DNA of 25,157 nt. Source: Octopus sinensis (taxonomy: Eukaryota). Position numbers and translations under genes: made by a program. Within the stretch, counting starts at the first letter, position 1, and the number at the start of each line of letters is the position of its first letter. Positions 10,421 through 22,719 of the stretch are shown here, piece by piece. The notes below the pieces were generated by a model. That model was not told where the DNA came from and did no database searches. It was given only the letters and a program-made list of their open reading frames with translations. The DNA lies in assembly GCF_006345805.1 (NCBI RefSeq), contig NW_021835670.1, positions 1 to 25,157 on the forward strand. The letters are read 5' to 3'.

Positions 10421-10534
10421 ATATATTGAAGTAGAAGATTTAGGCTCAAATCAGGTTAGTAGCGGGTATGGATACCGACAGTCAGTGTATATACTGAATC
10501 AGTGGATTGATTTCAATAGCTGGAAAAATTCAAT

Positions 10535-10735
10535 ATAATTATTTCTACTTTAGGCCTGAAATTTTTGTGGGGAGGGGTCTAATCGATTACATCGACTCCA
10601 GTACTTGTCAGGTACTTTAGATTGTCGATTCCGAAAGAATGAGAGTTAAAGACAATCTCAGTGGAATTTGAACTCAGAATGTAAAACCGGAAGTAATGCC
10701 GCTGAGTATATTGTCTGCCATTGTAGTCTTTCGAT
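10535..10735 (-). mobile_element. SINE family A, old copy
   Basis: Reverse complement of the 876 family: GGAATTTGAACTCAGAATGTA (B-box), TCGATTCCGAAAGAATGA (central domain), tail ATTATTTCTACTTTAGGC. Confidence 0.75.
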
Positions 10736-10744
10736 TCGAGAAAA

Positions 10745-10978
10745 ACGGTACTGTTATTTCTTGCTGAACAACCTTCATAGACGATTTGTGTGTAATGATC
10801 AAATGTTTCTGTTATACATAAGCTCACACCCTCCATCAAATCGACATTGCCTGTACAATGCGTGGCCTGCCACGCATCAAGTGTTTTGCTCAGGAGCAAC
10901 ACGAACCGCCCGGTCCGGAAATCGAACGTACTATCTCGCGACCGTGATTGCAACACCCTACCACTAGGTTACACCTTC
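10745..10978 (-). mobile_element. tRNA-derived SINE (head related to the 23352 family), old copy
   Basis: On the - strand: A-box TAGTGGTAGGG, B-box GTTCGATTTCC (10917-10927), then CORE-like CTGAGCAAAACACTT. The left boundary is approximate. Confidence 0.65.
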
Positions 10979-11043
10979 TTGTACACACACACACTCACAC
11001 ACACTCACACACACACAACACACACACACACACACACACACAC

Positions 11044-11160
11044 ATGAATAGGCCTGCTCACCTTGCCAGCGAGGTGACACCATCGAAAACTAAAACAAAA
11101 CGAAGCGCATTGTGACCAGCGATGTATAACAATATCCGATAGTCTGGTGAATAGCGTGAT
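11044..11160 (+). repeat. Probable 3' fragment of an interspersed repeat between microsatellites
   Basis: Complex island (CGAAGCGCATTGTGACCAGCGATGT) resembling a SINE tail I recall from octopus. There is no second copy in the window to confirm it. Confidence 0.35.
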
Positions 11161-11314
11161 GTATGTATATGTGTGAGTATACACACATGCATGTATGTAT
11201 GTCATTATTCAGTTTTATTTCAAGATTTCTTGCCAATAGAGAAAGAGCCGGTTTCTAACCTAGATCCAAGATTCCTTCATTGGAATTTCAACAACATCAA
11301 CAGGGTATTTTTGT

Positions 11315-11440
11315 ATGCTTGTATGTATGTACGTATGTATGTACGTATGTATGTATGTATGTATGTATGTACGTATGAATGTATGTATGTATGTATGTAT
11401 GTATGTATGTATGTATGTATGTATGTATGTATGTATGTAT
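11315..11440. repeat. (TATG)n microsatellite
   Basis: Direct inspection. Confidence 0.95.
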
Positions 11441-11954
11441 CAATAATACAGTGATTGTTTCTTATCAGGAACAAAATGTTTAATAGGACTGCTATAGAAG
11501 TGCTCAATTAAATGAGACAAATATATTAAACTATGGTTGCAGAACAAACAAATACAAGATCATCCACGTAACATTTCATATCTCGAACATTTAATCATAG
11601 AATATACATGTATAACATCACAGAAGATGAAACATAACTCATCAGTACAAGCATATAAGAAAATGCGAGTAAAATGTGTGAATACAGTTCATCACGGTTA
11701 AAAGTTAATACTTTAGCGATTGTATGTATGTATGTATGTATGTGCAGATTTGTATGTTTTATGTCTGTATTCTCATGCATATAGCTGCATATCTTAGACA
11801 TACTCATATATATTTAAATGATAAACTTCTGGTAAGTTTTACAGATTTTTACAGTTCCGGTGATGGATTGGATCTGTGGTCTTCGAATCAGCATTCTCCT
11901 TTCTGCTTTTGAGAATCCTAACCTCTCAAAATTGAAATTTAGACAGTATGTTGT

Positions 11955-12450
11955 CTGTCTGTCTGCATGTATGTACGTACGTACCTATGTATGTATGTAT
12001 GCATGTATGTATGTATTATGTATGTATGTATGTATGTATGTATGTATGTATGTATGTATGTATGTATGTATGAACGTATATATGTATGCCTGTATGTATG
12101 TGTGCATGTACGTATATATGTATGTATGAACGTATATATGTAAGTATGTATATATGTAAGTATGTATATATGTATGTCTGTATGTATGTATGTCTGTATG
12201 TATGTATGTCTGTATGTATGTATGTATATATGTATGTATCTATATATGTATGTATGTATATATGTATGTATGCGTGTATGTATGTATGTATGTATGTATG
12301 TATGTATGTATGTATATATGTATGTATGCGTGTATGTATGTATGTATGTATGTATGTATATATGTATGTATGTATAAATGTATGTATGTATGTATATATG
12401 TATGTATGTATGTATATATGTATGTATGTAATGTATGTATGTATATGCAT
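11955..12450. repeat. (TATG)n microsatellite
   Basis: Direct inspection. Confidence 0.95.
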
Positions 12451-12492
12451 GTATTTATTTATATTAGTGTGTGTGTGATTGTTCGATAGATC

Positions 12493-12630
12493 TCCGTCAG
12501 TTTCGGCGATGAAGATTCCGTTGTTCAATCAACTGCATTACCTTTTCTTGAATTAACTTCTAAGTGGCTGAGTGCACTGTGGAGTCGTATACCCTGTACC
12601 CTGAACCAGCGTGATACGTGACACCGCTGT
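12493..12630 (-). mobile_element. Old SINE 3' fragment related to the 23352 family tail
   Basis: TCCGTCAGTTTCGGCGATGAAGATTCC...AATTAAC...AAGTGGCTGAG aligns to the reverse complement of ~23630-23728. Confidence 0.6.
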
Positions 12631-12647
12631 AACTTTTCCAATTGCAG

Positions 12648-12776
12648 TTACAATCAACCCATTGTGCTTCCGTACAATTTCCGTCTACCTAATTTCACCG
12701 ACAAATTATTTTCCCCAAAAGTTCCACGTTGGATATACCCTGGTACTTATGAAAACGCTGTTTTGCCGTTTTGTGG
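12648..12776 (+). CDS. Candidate second exon (S|YNQPIVLPYNFRLPNFTDKLFSPKVPRWIYPGTYENAVLPFC|G)
   Basis: Acceptor CTTTTCCAATTGCAG and donor GG|GTGAGT (12777). It is 129 nt long and open in exactly the phase required by the 7718-7917 exon. Caveat: part of it resembles the CORE-SINE head. Confidence 0.4.
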
Positions 12777-12826
12777 GTGAGTCGAGGAACACAGAGAGTT
12801 AGGGGAATACAGCGTAAGAGAAAAAG

Positions 12827-12827
<1 letters not shown>

Positions 12828-12859
<32 letters not shown>

Positions 12860-13049
12860 TGCCGTTATCATCCCGTCATTATGATTATCATCATCATCAC
12901 CACAACCGTCATTATCATCATTACCATTATCGTCATCCCATCTCCGCCATTATCATCATCATCATCATCATCACCATCACCATCATCATCATCATTATCA
13001 TCATCATCATCATCACTATCGTCATCATCATCATCATCATCACCATCAA

Positions 13050-13082
<33 letters not shown>

Positions 13083-13129
13083 TATCATCATCATTATCAT
13101 CATCATCATTATCATCATCATCATCATCG

Positions 13130-13180
<51 letters not shown>

Positions 13181-13329
13181 ACATCATCATCATCATCATC
13201 ATCATCACCATCATCATCATCATTATCATCATCATTATCATCATCATTATCATCATCATCATCATCGTCATCATCATCATCATCGTCATCATCATCATCA
13301 TCATCATCATCATCAACATCATCATCATC

Positions 13330-13360
<31 letters not shown>

Positions 13361-13497
13361 CCATCATCATCATCATTATCATCATCATCATCATCATCAT
13401 CACTATCGTCATCATCATCATCATCATCACCATCAACATCATCATCATCATCATCACCATCATCATCATCATTATCATCATCATTATCATCATCATT

Positions 13498-13534
<37 letters not shown>

Positions 13535-13649
13535 CCATCATCATCATCATTATCATCATCATTATCATCATCATTATCATCATCATCATTATCATCATCA
13601 TCATCATCATCATCACTATCGTCATCATCATCATCATCATCACCATCAA

Positions 13650-13694
<45 letters not shown>

Positions 13695-13738
13695 TATCAT
13701 CATCATTATCATCATCATTATCATCATCATCATCATCG

Positions 13739-13780
<42 letters not shown>

Positions 13781-13794
13781 CCATCAACATCATG

Positions 13795-13826
<32 letters not shown>

Positions 13827-13870
13827 TATCATCATCATCATCATCATCATTATCATCATCATCATCATCG

Positions 13871-13920
<50 letters not shown>

Positions 13921-13930
13921 GTCATCATCG

Positions 13931-13981
<51 letters not shown>

Positions 13982-14172
13982 ACGTCAACATCATCATGAT
14001 CGTCGTCGTCGTCGTCAACATCATCAACATCGTTAACATTGTCGTTATCGCCATCCCATCATCATCATCATCACCATCACCATCATCGTTATCATTAATA
14101 ATGTCGTCGTTATCATCGTCATCATCATCGTTTATATTGCCATTATCGTCCATCATCATGTCATCATCATCA

Positions 14173-14216
<44 letters not shown>

Positions 14217-14330
14217 TATCAACATTGTCATTATCATAACCATCATCATCGTCGTCGTCATCATCATCTTCGTCATCGTCGTCATCATCACCATCATCTT
14301 CAACAGCAAGAACAACAACAAAATTATCAA
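12828..14330. repeat. ~1.5-kb (CAT)n trinucleotide array with variant triplets and internal segmental duplications
   Basis: The marker CACTATCGTC...CACCATCAAC recurs at 13014, 13401 and 13614. Confidence 0.95.
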
Positions 14331-14376
14331 CACCCTTAATATGATCAACTCCGTATGCGTGTTCGTATTTTCCCAG

Positions 14377-14416
14377 GCAGTTTGGAAACGGGTGGCTGTT
14401 TGGGTGGATGCTGTAG
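14377..14416 (+). CDS. Candidate terminal coding exon (G|QFGNGWLFGWML*)
   Basis: Good acceptor GTTCGTATTTTCCCAG (14375-14376), phase-compatible with 12648-12776, and TAG at 14414-14416. A possible AATAAA lies at 15137-15142. The segment is short, so chance is not excluded. Confidence 0.35.
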
Positions 14417-14449
14417 ATGCGGAGATTAACTTTCTTTTAATGCACTCAA

Positions 14450-14739
14450 CAAACCAACCAACCAACCACCTAATCAAATACTCCAACCAACCTACCAACC
14501 TCCACCCACTACTTCCACTACTACTACTACTACTACTACTAAAACTACTACTACTACTACAACTACTACTACTACTACTACTGCCTATTCCACTAACTTT
14601 TTTTTTTCTCCGAGCCTTATTCACACATTCATGCACACCAAAACGGCAAAGCACAAACTTATTACAAACAAACCTTCCTCTCTCTTTATCTATCTATCTA
14701 TCTAATATCTATCTATCTATCTATCTATCTATCTAATAT

Positions 14740-14776
<37 letters not shown>

Positions 14777-14790
14777 CAATCTATCTATCA

Positions 14791-14829
<39 letters not shown>

Positions 14830-14844
14830 ATCTATCTATCTATC

Positions 14845-14934
<90 letters not shown>

Positions 14935-14955
14935 CTATTTATCTATCTATCTAAC
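14450..14955. repeat. (CCAA)/(CTA)/(CTAT)/(TA) compound microsatellite
   Basis: Direct inspection. Confidence 0.9.
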
Positions 14956-15569
14956 CCTCTCTGTGTCTGTCTCTGTCTATATCTATCTATCTCTCACACA
15001 CACACTTTCTGCCTGTCTCTTTCCCTCTCTCTCATACAAACACATACTTTCTCCCTCTCTATCTAGTCACCGCCTCTGCTTATCTATCTGTCTGTTTGTC
15101 TGTCTGTCTGCTTGTCTACCTATGAATCTGACTATCAATAAATCATACATCTTTATCTCCACCACCACCCACCGCTTCTCTACAACCCTCTTCCTTCCTT
15201 TTTCCCTTCCTTCTTTCATTTATTCATTTACTTATTTATACATTCATTTATCTCCTTATTTGATCCCTTATCTTTATTTTCTTCTACTGTACTTCGTCAC
15301 CCCTTAGATTTATCTAACAGTCCTCCACACACAGCCACCCCACTTCATAGATTCTATTTCCAACTCATTCGCTTCATCACCGCAAACCACCGCCACCACC
15401 ACAACCACCACCACCACCACCAACACCACCGCCACCACCACCACTTCTAATCACCTCACCTCCACCAAACCCCTATCCCCCCCCCCCCTGCTCTCACAAT
15501 GCACCAGATTGCAACGGTAATTGATAATGAACCAAGTTCCTAGTTTGCTTAAAAGCAACAACTCTAAGA

Positions 15570-15967
15570 ACACCATCAACAATAGCAACAACAACAACAA
15601 CAACAGCAACAACAACAACAACTGCAGTCGGAGCAGTAATTATATCAAAAAGAAACAATAACAAAAACAATAATGATAAAAATGGGAAGAATAACAAAAC
15701 AATAACAACCACAAAACAGCGATGGTAATAACAGAAGCAATGAGAGCAGGAATAACGCAAACGGTGAAGAGACGCAACAACACCAACACCAACATCAACA
15801 GCAGCAGCAGCAGCAGCAGTAGCAACTAAATAAGAAAAAAAAGCAACAACAGCAGCAATAACGACAACAATAAGAGCAGCGGCAATGGCTGCTGCGGCAG
15901 AAACAATACCAAAAGCAGCAAAAACAGCAGTAACAAGAAGAAGAAGAAGAAGAAGAACAAGAACAAG

Positions 15968-16013
<46 letters not shown>

Positions 16014-16182
16014 GCAGCAGCAGCAGTGACAACAACAACAACAGCGACAACAACAACAACAACAACAACAGCGTCGACGACAACAACAACAACAGCGACG
16101 ACGACGACGACAACGACAACAACAACGACGACGACAACAACAACAACAACAACGACAGCGTCGGCGACAACAACAACAACAG

Positions 16183-16220
<38 letters not shown>

Positions 16221-16410
16221 ACAACAACAATACCAACAACAACAATACCACCACCACCAACAGCGACAACAACAGCCGCAATGAGAACAGCAAAGACGAT
16301 AGCACAAAGACCGCAAACAGAGGCATCTGTAACAATAACAGCAGCAACAACAACAACAACAACAACAGCAGCAGCAGCAGCAGCAACAGAAACAGCAACA
16401 GCAGAAGCAT
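15570..16410. repeat. (CAA)n/(CAG)n/(CGA)n trinucleotide array
   Basis: Direct inspection. The poly-Gln/Asn frame contains stops. Confidence 0.95.
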
Positions 16411-16919
16411 CGGCAGCAGGTGGAGATGAACGCCAGTCAAACGTAACGAGCATCAATGAATGTTTACAAACTCTTTTGCTTTAAGATATAATTTTCACGT
16501 TGGACAGGAAGCCGCCATTTTTGTCATGGGAAAAAACTAAGCATAGACCAAGAACAAGAAGTTGAAAGGCATAGAGAAAAGAATGGGTGGTAATAGGCGG
16601 TGGGTGTTAGAGTGGGAACCATGAAAGACATATATACACACACACACGCACACATATATGCATGCACACACACATATACACACATCACACAAACACACAT
16701 TTACATTTCCTCACAAGAAATAGAGAAGAATGGATGCAGGAGAGGAAAATGCATAAGAGCACGATGAAGCATGTATGCTGGAATGGGCTGGGAATTTTAT
16801 GCAAAGGAAAGAGTCATTTGTAGAGGAAAAAGTATAAAAGATATGTAATTTATACGAGAAATATAGATCGTGTGTGTATGAGCGTGAAAACAGGGTGTAT
16901 GTATGAAAATAGAAAGTAT

Positions 16920-16925
16920 TTATAA

Positions 16926-17011
<86 letters not shown>

Positions 17012-17360
17012 CAAACAGACAGACAGCCAGACAGACAGCCTGACAGACAGACATTATATTTATAGATATATACATAATATGTATATACTTATATATATAC
17101 TGAGAGAGAAAGAGATAGATAGGTAGATAGATAGATAGATAGGTAGAGAGATATAGGAGTCTGAGTGTATGTACGAATGGATGTATGCATGCATGTATGT
17201 ATGCATGTATGTATGCACATGTATGCACATATGTAAGTATGCATGTGTGTATACATGCATATGTATGTTCGCATCAATGTGTGTATGGTTTTATGTATGT
17301 ATGCATGTATGAAAGAATATAGGCCTGTATATATATATATGCATGTATATATGGTTTTAT
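16920..17360. repeat. (TA)/(GA)/(GACA)/(GATA)/(GTAT) compound microsatellite
   Basis: Direct inspection. Confidence 0.9.
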
Positions 17361-17617
17361 CTATCAATGTATGTGTGTGCGCGCGTGTGTTGGATTGCTA
17401 CAGAATTTCCATTTTCAAAATATAATGGGACATAACTTAACAACACAAGGCATTCATTTTTGTACTCTGTCGATTTTATTTTATCCCCGCTCTAACCACA
17501 ATTTAAATCGTAGATTTTATACCACAGATACGATACCACCGCTGCTCATTAAGTTACGGTAATATCTAACAAAAGAACGAGGCGGGAAATTTAGTAACGT
17601 GGGGATAATAATCGATC

Positions 17618-17892
17618 ATATCTATTTCTTTACTACCGACAAGGGGTTAAAAAACAGAGAGGACGAACAAGGACAGACAAACGGATTAAGTCGATTACAT
17701 CGACCCCAGTGCATAACTGGTACTTAATTTACCGACCCCGAAAGGATGAAAGGCAAAGTCGACCTCGGCGGAATTTGAACTCAGTACGTAGCGGCAGACG
17801 AAATACCTGTTTCTTTACTACCCACAAGGGGATAAGCAAGGACAGACAAACGGATTAAGTCGATTATATCGAACCCAGTGCATAACTGGTAC
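17618..17892 (-). mobile_element. SINE family A tandem (two truncated copies) with an alternative tail
   Basis: 17618-17807 and 17801-17892 share TTTCTTTACTACC.ACAAGGGG and CAAGGACAGACAAACGGATTAAGTCGATTA.ATCGA. The B-box GGAATTTGAACTC lies at ~17770-17782. Confidence 0.85.
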
Positions 17893-17962
17893 ATAAACAC
17901 ATCAACACCGGTTGTGAAACGGTCGTGGGGCACACACACATATATATATATATATTTTTTAA

Positions 17963-18290
17963 ATTTTATCTAGTTTCAGCTCACGAGCTGTGGCCATACT
18001 GGGGCACCACCTCGAACCGCTAAGTTACGGGGACGTAAATACACCAACATAGGTTGTCAAACGATGGTAGGAGGACAAACGCAGAGACAAATATATACAT
18101 AGATATATATATATATATATATATACATATATTCGACCGGCTTCTTTCAGTTTCCGTCTACCAAATCTACTAACAAGGCTTTGGTCGGTCTGAGGCTATA
18201 CTAGAAGACACTTGCCCAAGGTGTCACGCAGTGGGACTGAATCCAGAACCATGCGGTTGGAATCCAAGCTTCTTATCACACAGCCACTCC
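17963..18290 (-). mobile_element. CORE-type SINE (OR2-like) with an internal deletion
   Basis: Aligns to 4900-5369 but lacks the segment between CACCACCT and CGAACCGCTAAG. Confidence 0.85.
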
Positions 18291-18311
18291 TATACATATA
18301 TATATATATGC

Positions 18312-18475
18312 ACGGCAGGTTTTTTTCAGATTCCGTCTACCGGGTCCACTCAGAAGTGTCTGGTCGACTAAAGACTATAGTAGAAGACACTCGCCTAAGG
18401 CGTCACGCAGTAGACTAAACTGCAAGCATGTGGTCGGGAACAAAACTTCTTATCACTTACCACACAGCCACGCCA
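18312..18475 (-). mobile_element. CORE-type SINE head, older copy
   Basis: TTCCGTCTACC...GTAGAAGACACTCGCCTAAGGCGTCACGCAGT...CCACACAGCCAC aligns to the 18138-18290 head. Confidence 0.75.
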
Positions 18476-18794
18476 GTGCTTTTGTCTATTTCATACAATA
18501 TGCGTTTATATTTCTTGTACATTCTACACATGTCCATTATCGTAACATACAGTTTTCCTACAGAATGTCTTCAGCGGGAGCTGTTTATTTATTCTGATGT
18601 GTAACAGTCATTTTCTGAAGAAGATGCTGCAAAAAACGATTTAAAAACTTTCTGTATTTGAATATTTTTATATTTATTGAATTTTTGGTTTGTTTTTCTT
18701 TTTTTTTCTTTTGTTATCTTGCTGTCGTAACGGTACAAACGCACTTACTCCACTCAGCGTAAACATGCTGCTTTAGATACTGTAAGTATTGTCA

Positions 18795-19442
<648 letters not shown>

Positions 19443-19443
19443 C

Positions 19444-20430
19444 GGTATGAACCAAAGTTCATACCGTTTTTGCAATTAGTGAAGTTTAAAAACGTGATTT
19501 CGTTTCTCTTGTGACAGAATCATACGACATATATACGACTTCTTACTAAAAAGTGACATTTCAACATGTCTTCCAATATATTTAATGTGTTTATAGTTTA
19601 TTTCTTCTGCTTTTACGTTAAAAGTGAAAATGGAGGAAAAAGTTATATATTTTCGTCATTTGATGTTCTTTATTTTCATAGAGTTAATAGACGCTGTTTA
19701 AACAGCAATAACTACATGTGCATTTTATGGAGGTGATGCCATAACTAAGAAGACTGTTCCTTAGTCGTTCGGTAGGCTTAGGAGTGGAAATTTTGATCTA
19801 GAAGATCAGTTCTCCAGTCGTTGATGATGACCAAAAGTGATCTTGTCACTGGACACAAGATATTGCAAAGATATTTCACATATCTCATTTGAGCGTTATA
19901 AGACATTTGAAAACACTTGACTACGTGAATCGCCATAAATTAACAGGGAGAAAAAAATTAATGGACCGCATTAAGAACCATCATAGGAGATTTTTAAAAA
20001 TGGATCTTTGACGACAATGTAAAAGTAAAAAAGATCTTGGAGAAAACGAAATGAACTATTTTTAATCACTCCAAAACCAGTCAATATCTGAAGAAAGTGA
20101 TGCTCTACATCTCATGGGATTTGAAGGGCATTGTGCATTACGAGCTCCCTCTGCAAAATTAAACATTGAATTCGGGCAATTATTGTTCCCGATTAAAGGA
20201 GGCAACCCATGGAAAACGTCCAGAGTTGGTCAACTGGAAGGGTGTCGTCTTCCTTCAGGACAACTTATATCACGCGTTTATTTGCAGACTAGGCAGAAAT
20301 TGTCACAGCTTGGTTGTGATGATCTGCCACATCCACTGCACTCACCTGACCTTGCGCTTCCTGATTATCTTGATTCCTAAAAAATCCTCTTAATTAGAAG
20401 AACTAGAATTCTTCGAAAGACAGTAAAAAT
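19444..20430 (+). mobile_element. Decayed mariner (Hsmar1/cecropia-like) transposon remnant
   Basis: MEEKVIYFRHLM.. (~19630), FGRLRSGNFDLED, GIVHYELL, KRPELVNWKGVVFLQDN, and TRQKLSQLGCDDLPHPLHSPDLALPDY (decayed YSPDLAPSD). Many frameshifts; no clear right TIR. Confidence 0.85.
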
Positions 20431-20564
20431 GAGTGGGAATTTTACCGGTGAGTGTGTTGAATTATAAGGCAGCAATAGAGAATGATTCTCCCCAGACACA
20501 ACAGAATATGCTTCAACACACGAACCCATATAAAGAATCTTGCAAACCAAATCCTAAAACGAAA

Positions 20565-20595
<31 letters not shown>

Positions 20596-20640
20596 CATAC
20601 ATCTACGTATATATGAGTTAGAGGTCAGACAATATATATA

Positions 20641-20908
20641 TTCTTTTATTCTTCAATTTGTTTCTATCATTTGATTGCGGCCATGTTGGGGTACCGCCTT
20701 GAATGGTTTTAGTCGAGCAAATCGACAGCAGGACATATTTTTTAAGCCTAGTACTTATTCTATCGGTGTCTATAACGAACTGTTAAGTTACAAAGACGTA
20801 AACACAATACTCGTTTTCAAACAGTGATGGGGGGATAGACACAGACACAAATACACACACACGTAAATATATACAATTACACACACACACACGTAAATAT
20901 ATACAATT

Positions 20909-20940
<32 letters not shown>

Positions 20941-21090
20941 GTATACGACAGGCTTCCGTGTACCATATGTACTCACAAGGCTTTGGTCGGCCTGAGGCTA
21001 TAACAGAAGACACTTGACCAAGGTGACACGTAGTAGGACTGAACCCAGAACCATGTGGTTGGGAAGCAAGTTTCTGACTACACGCCTATA
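20641..21090 (-). mobile_element. Full-length CORE-type SINE (OR2-like)
   Basis: Aligns end to end with 4900-5369. The internal microsatellite carries a 30-bp tandem duplication (20861/20891). Confidence 0.85.
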
Positions 21091-21119
21091 CATACCTACA
21101 TTTATCTATTTATCAATCA

Positions 21120-21197
<78 letters not shown>

Positions 21198-21406
21198 TTT
21201 TTTCCTCTTCCCCTTTTTTCCCTTTTTTCTTCTTTTTTCATTTCTCTTTCCTTTTTTTCCTTTTCCTTTTCTTTTTTTTTCTTTTTATTCTTTTTATTTT
21301 ATTCATTTTTTTTTGTTCTTTTCTTCCCTTTTACGATCCCTCTTGATCGAAAACCTACGCCACCCCCCTTTTTTTTTCTTTTGTTTTTTGTTCTCTTCAT
21401 CCCCCA

Positions 21407-21586
21407 AAAGAAAAGCTCTACCTTGTAACTTGTCCCATCTGTGTGCAGCCCTGTGTGGCCAATAAAGAAACTTATCTATCTACACCTACCCCACCTATTT
21501 TTCCCCATAAAGAAAAGCTCTACTTTGTAATCTGTCTCGTCTGTGTGCAGCCCTGTGTGCAGCCCTGTGAGGCTAATAAAGAAACA

Positions 21587-21594
<8 letters not shown>
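21407..21594 (+). repeat. Two tandem ~75-85-bp retroelement-like 3' ends, each with AATAAA and followed by CTAT repeats
   Basis: AAAGAAAAGCTCTAC.TTGTAA...TCTGTGTGCAGCCCTGTG.GGC.AATAAAGAAAC.TATCTATC at 21407 and 21509. Confidence 0.65.
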
Positions 21595-21658
<64 letters not shown>

Positions 21659-21716
21659 ATATATATATATATATATATATATCATATATATATATATATC
21701 ATATATATAAATATAT

Positions 21717-21762
<46 letters not shown>

Positions 21763-21797
21763 GAGACAGAGAGACAGACAGACAGACAGACAGATAG

Positions 21798-21879
<82 letters not shown>

Positions 21880-21900
21880 GGATAGATAGATAGATAGATT
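21588..21900. repeat. (CTAT)/(TA)/(GA)/(GACA)/(GATA) compound microsatellite
   Basis: Direct inspection. Confidence 0.95.
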
Positions 21901-22230
21901 ATAAAATGAATGTATTGTATATTATTTTATCGGGAGCTATATGTTATGGGCTGTAAATTTGCTTCATTATTTCCACAGTTCTTGAGGGTAATTACGTAAA
22001 TCATTAAGTTTCATTGTATTTATCTTGAAAGAGAACGGAAGGAGAGACGACTGTGAATAAAATGGTCGATAGAGGAAGGAATAGATGTAGTAATCGGTCG
22101 GAAGAGAAAGAGAGGAAAGTCGAACGAGTCGGGGGATTAGTAGTAGGAGAAAGGAAGGGGGGAAGGAAAGAAGTAGAAATGGAAGAAATATCTCATTGGA
22201 AATTTCGTTGAAATTATTTAAAGCTGTTTG

Positions 22231-22476
22231 TTTTCTGTCTTTTACTTGTTGTTTCAATCATTGGACTGCGACCATACTCGGGCGCCCGCCTTTATGAGTT
22301 TAGTTGAAGGAATCGGCTCCAGTGCTTATTTTGTTAAAGCCTGGTACTTATTCTGCCGTACAGCTAAGTTTCGGCGATGTAAACATACCAACACCGGCTG
22401 AAGAACAGTGGTGGAGATATCAGACATAACACAAGCACAAAGATACACATATAAACATACGTGCATACATACATAC

Positions 22477-22507
<31 letters not shown>

Positions 22508-22719
22508 CATACATACATACATACATACATAATACATACATACATACATACATAATACATACATACATACATACATACATAATACATACATACATACATA
22601 TACACATACATACATACTTACATACATAATACATACATACATACATACATACACACACACATACATACATACATACATACATAGATACATACATACATAC
22701 ATACATACATACATACATA
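22231..22719 (-). mobile_element. CORE-type SINE 3' half with an expanded internal (CATA)n; head missing
   Basis: GTTTCAATCATTGGACTGCGACCATACT...AAGCCTGGTACTTATTC...GTAAACATACCAACACCGG aligns to 4910-5080, followed by ~260 bp of (CATA)n. Confidence 0.75.

Noticed and set aside
10579-10956. 125-aa - strand ORF
   Set aside because: It reads through two adjacent decayed SINEs and shows no recognisable protein features.
12859-14736. 625-aa, 573-aa (poly-Met) and 304-aa ORFs, including a possible reflectin-like Met-rich protein
   Set aside because: These are the reading frames of a (CAT)n array, which lacks stops by construction. There is no reflectin-type Tyr/Arg/Asp/Trp motif.
15494-16484. 320-, 204-, 199- and 173-aa ORFs (poly-Val, -Leu, -Thr, -Cys)
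   Set aside because: Frames of the (CAA/CAG)n array with no complex sequence; the poly-Gln frame has stops.
18605-18655. CTGAAGAAG motif as a hammerhead core
   Set aside because: No stem II and no GAAA at a suitable distance.
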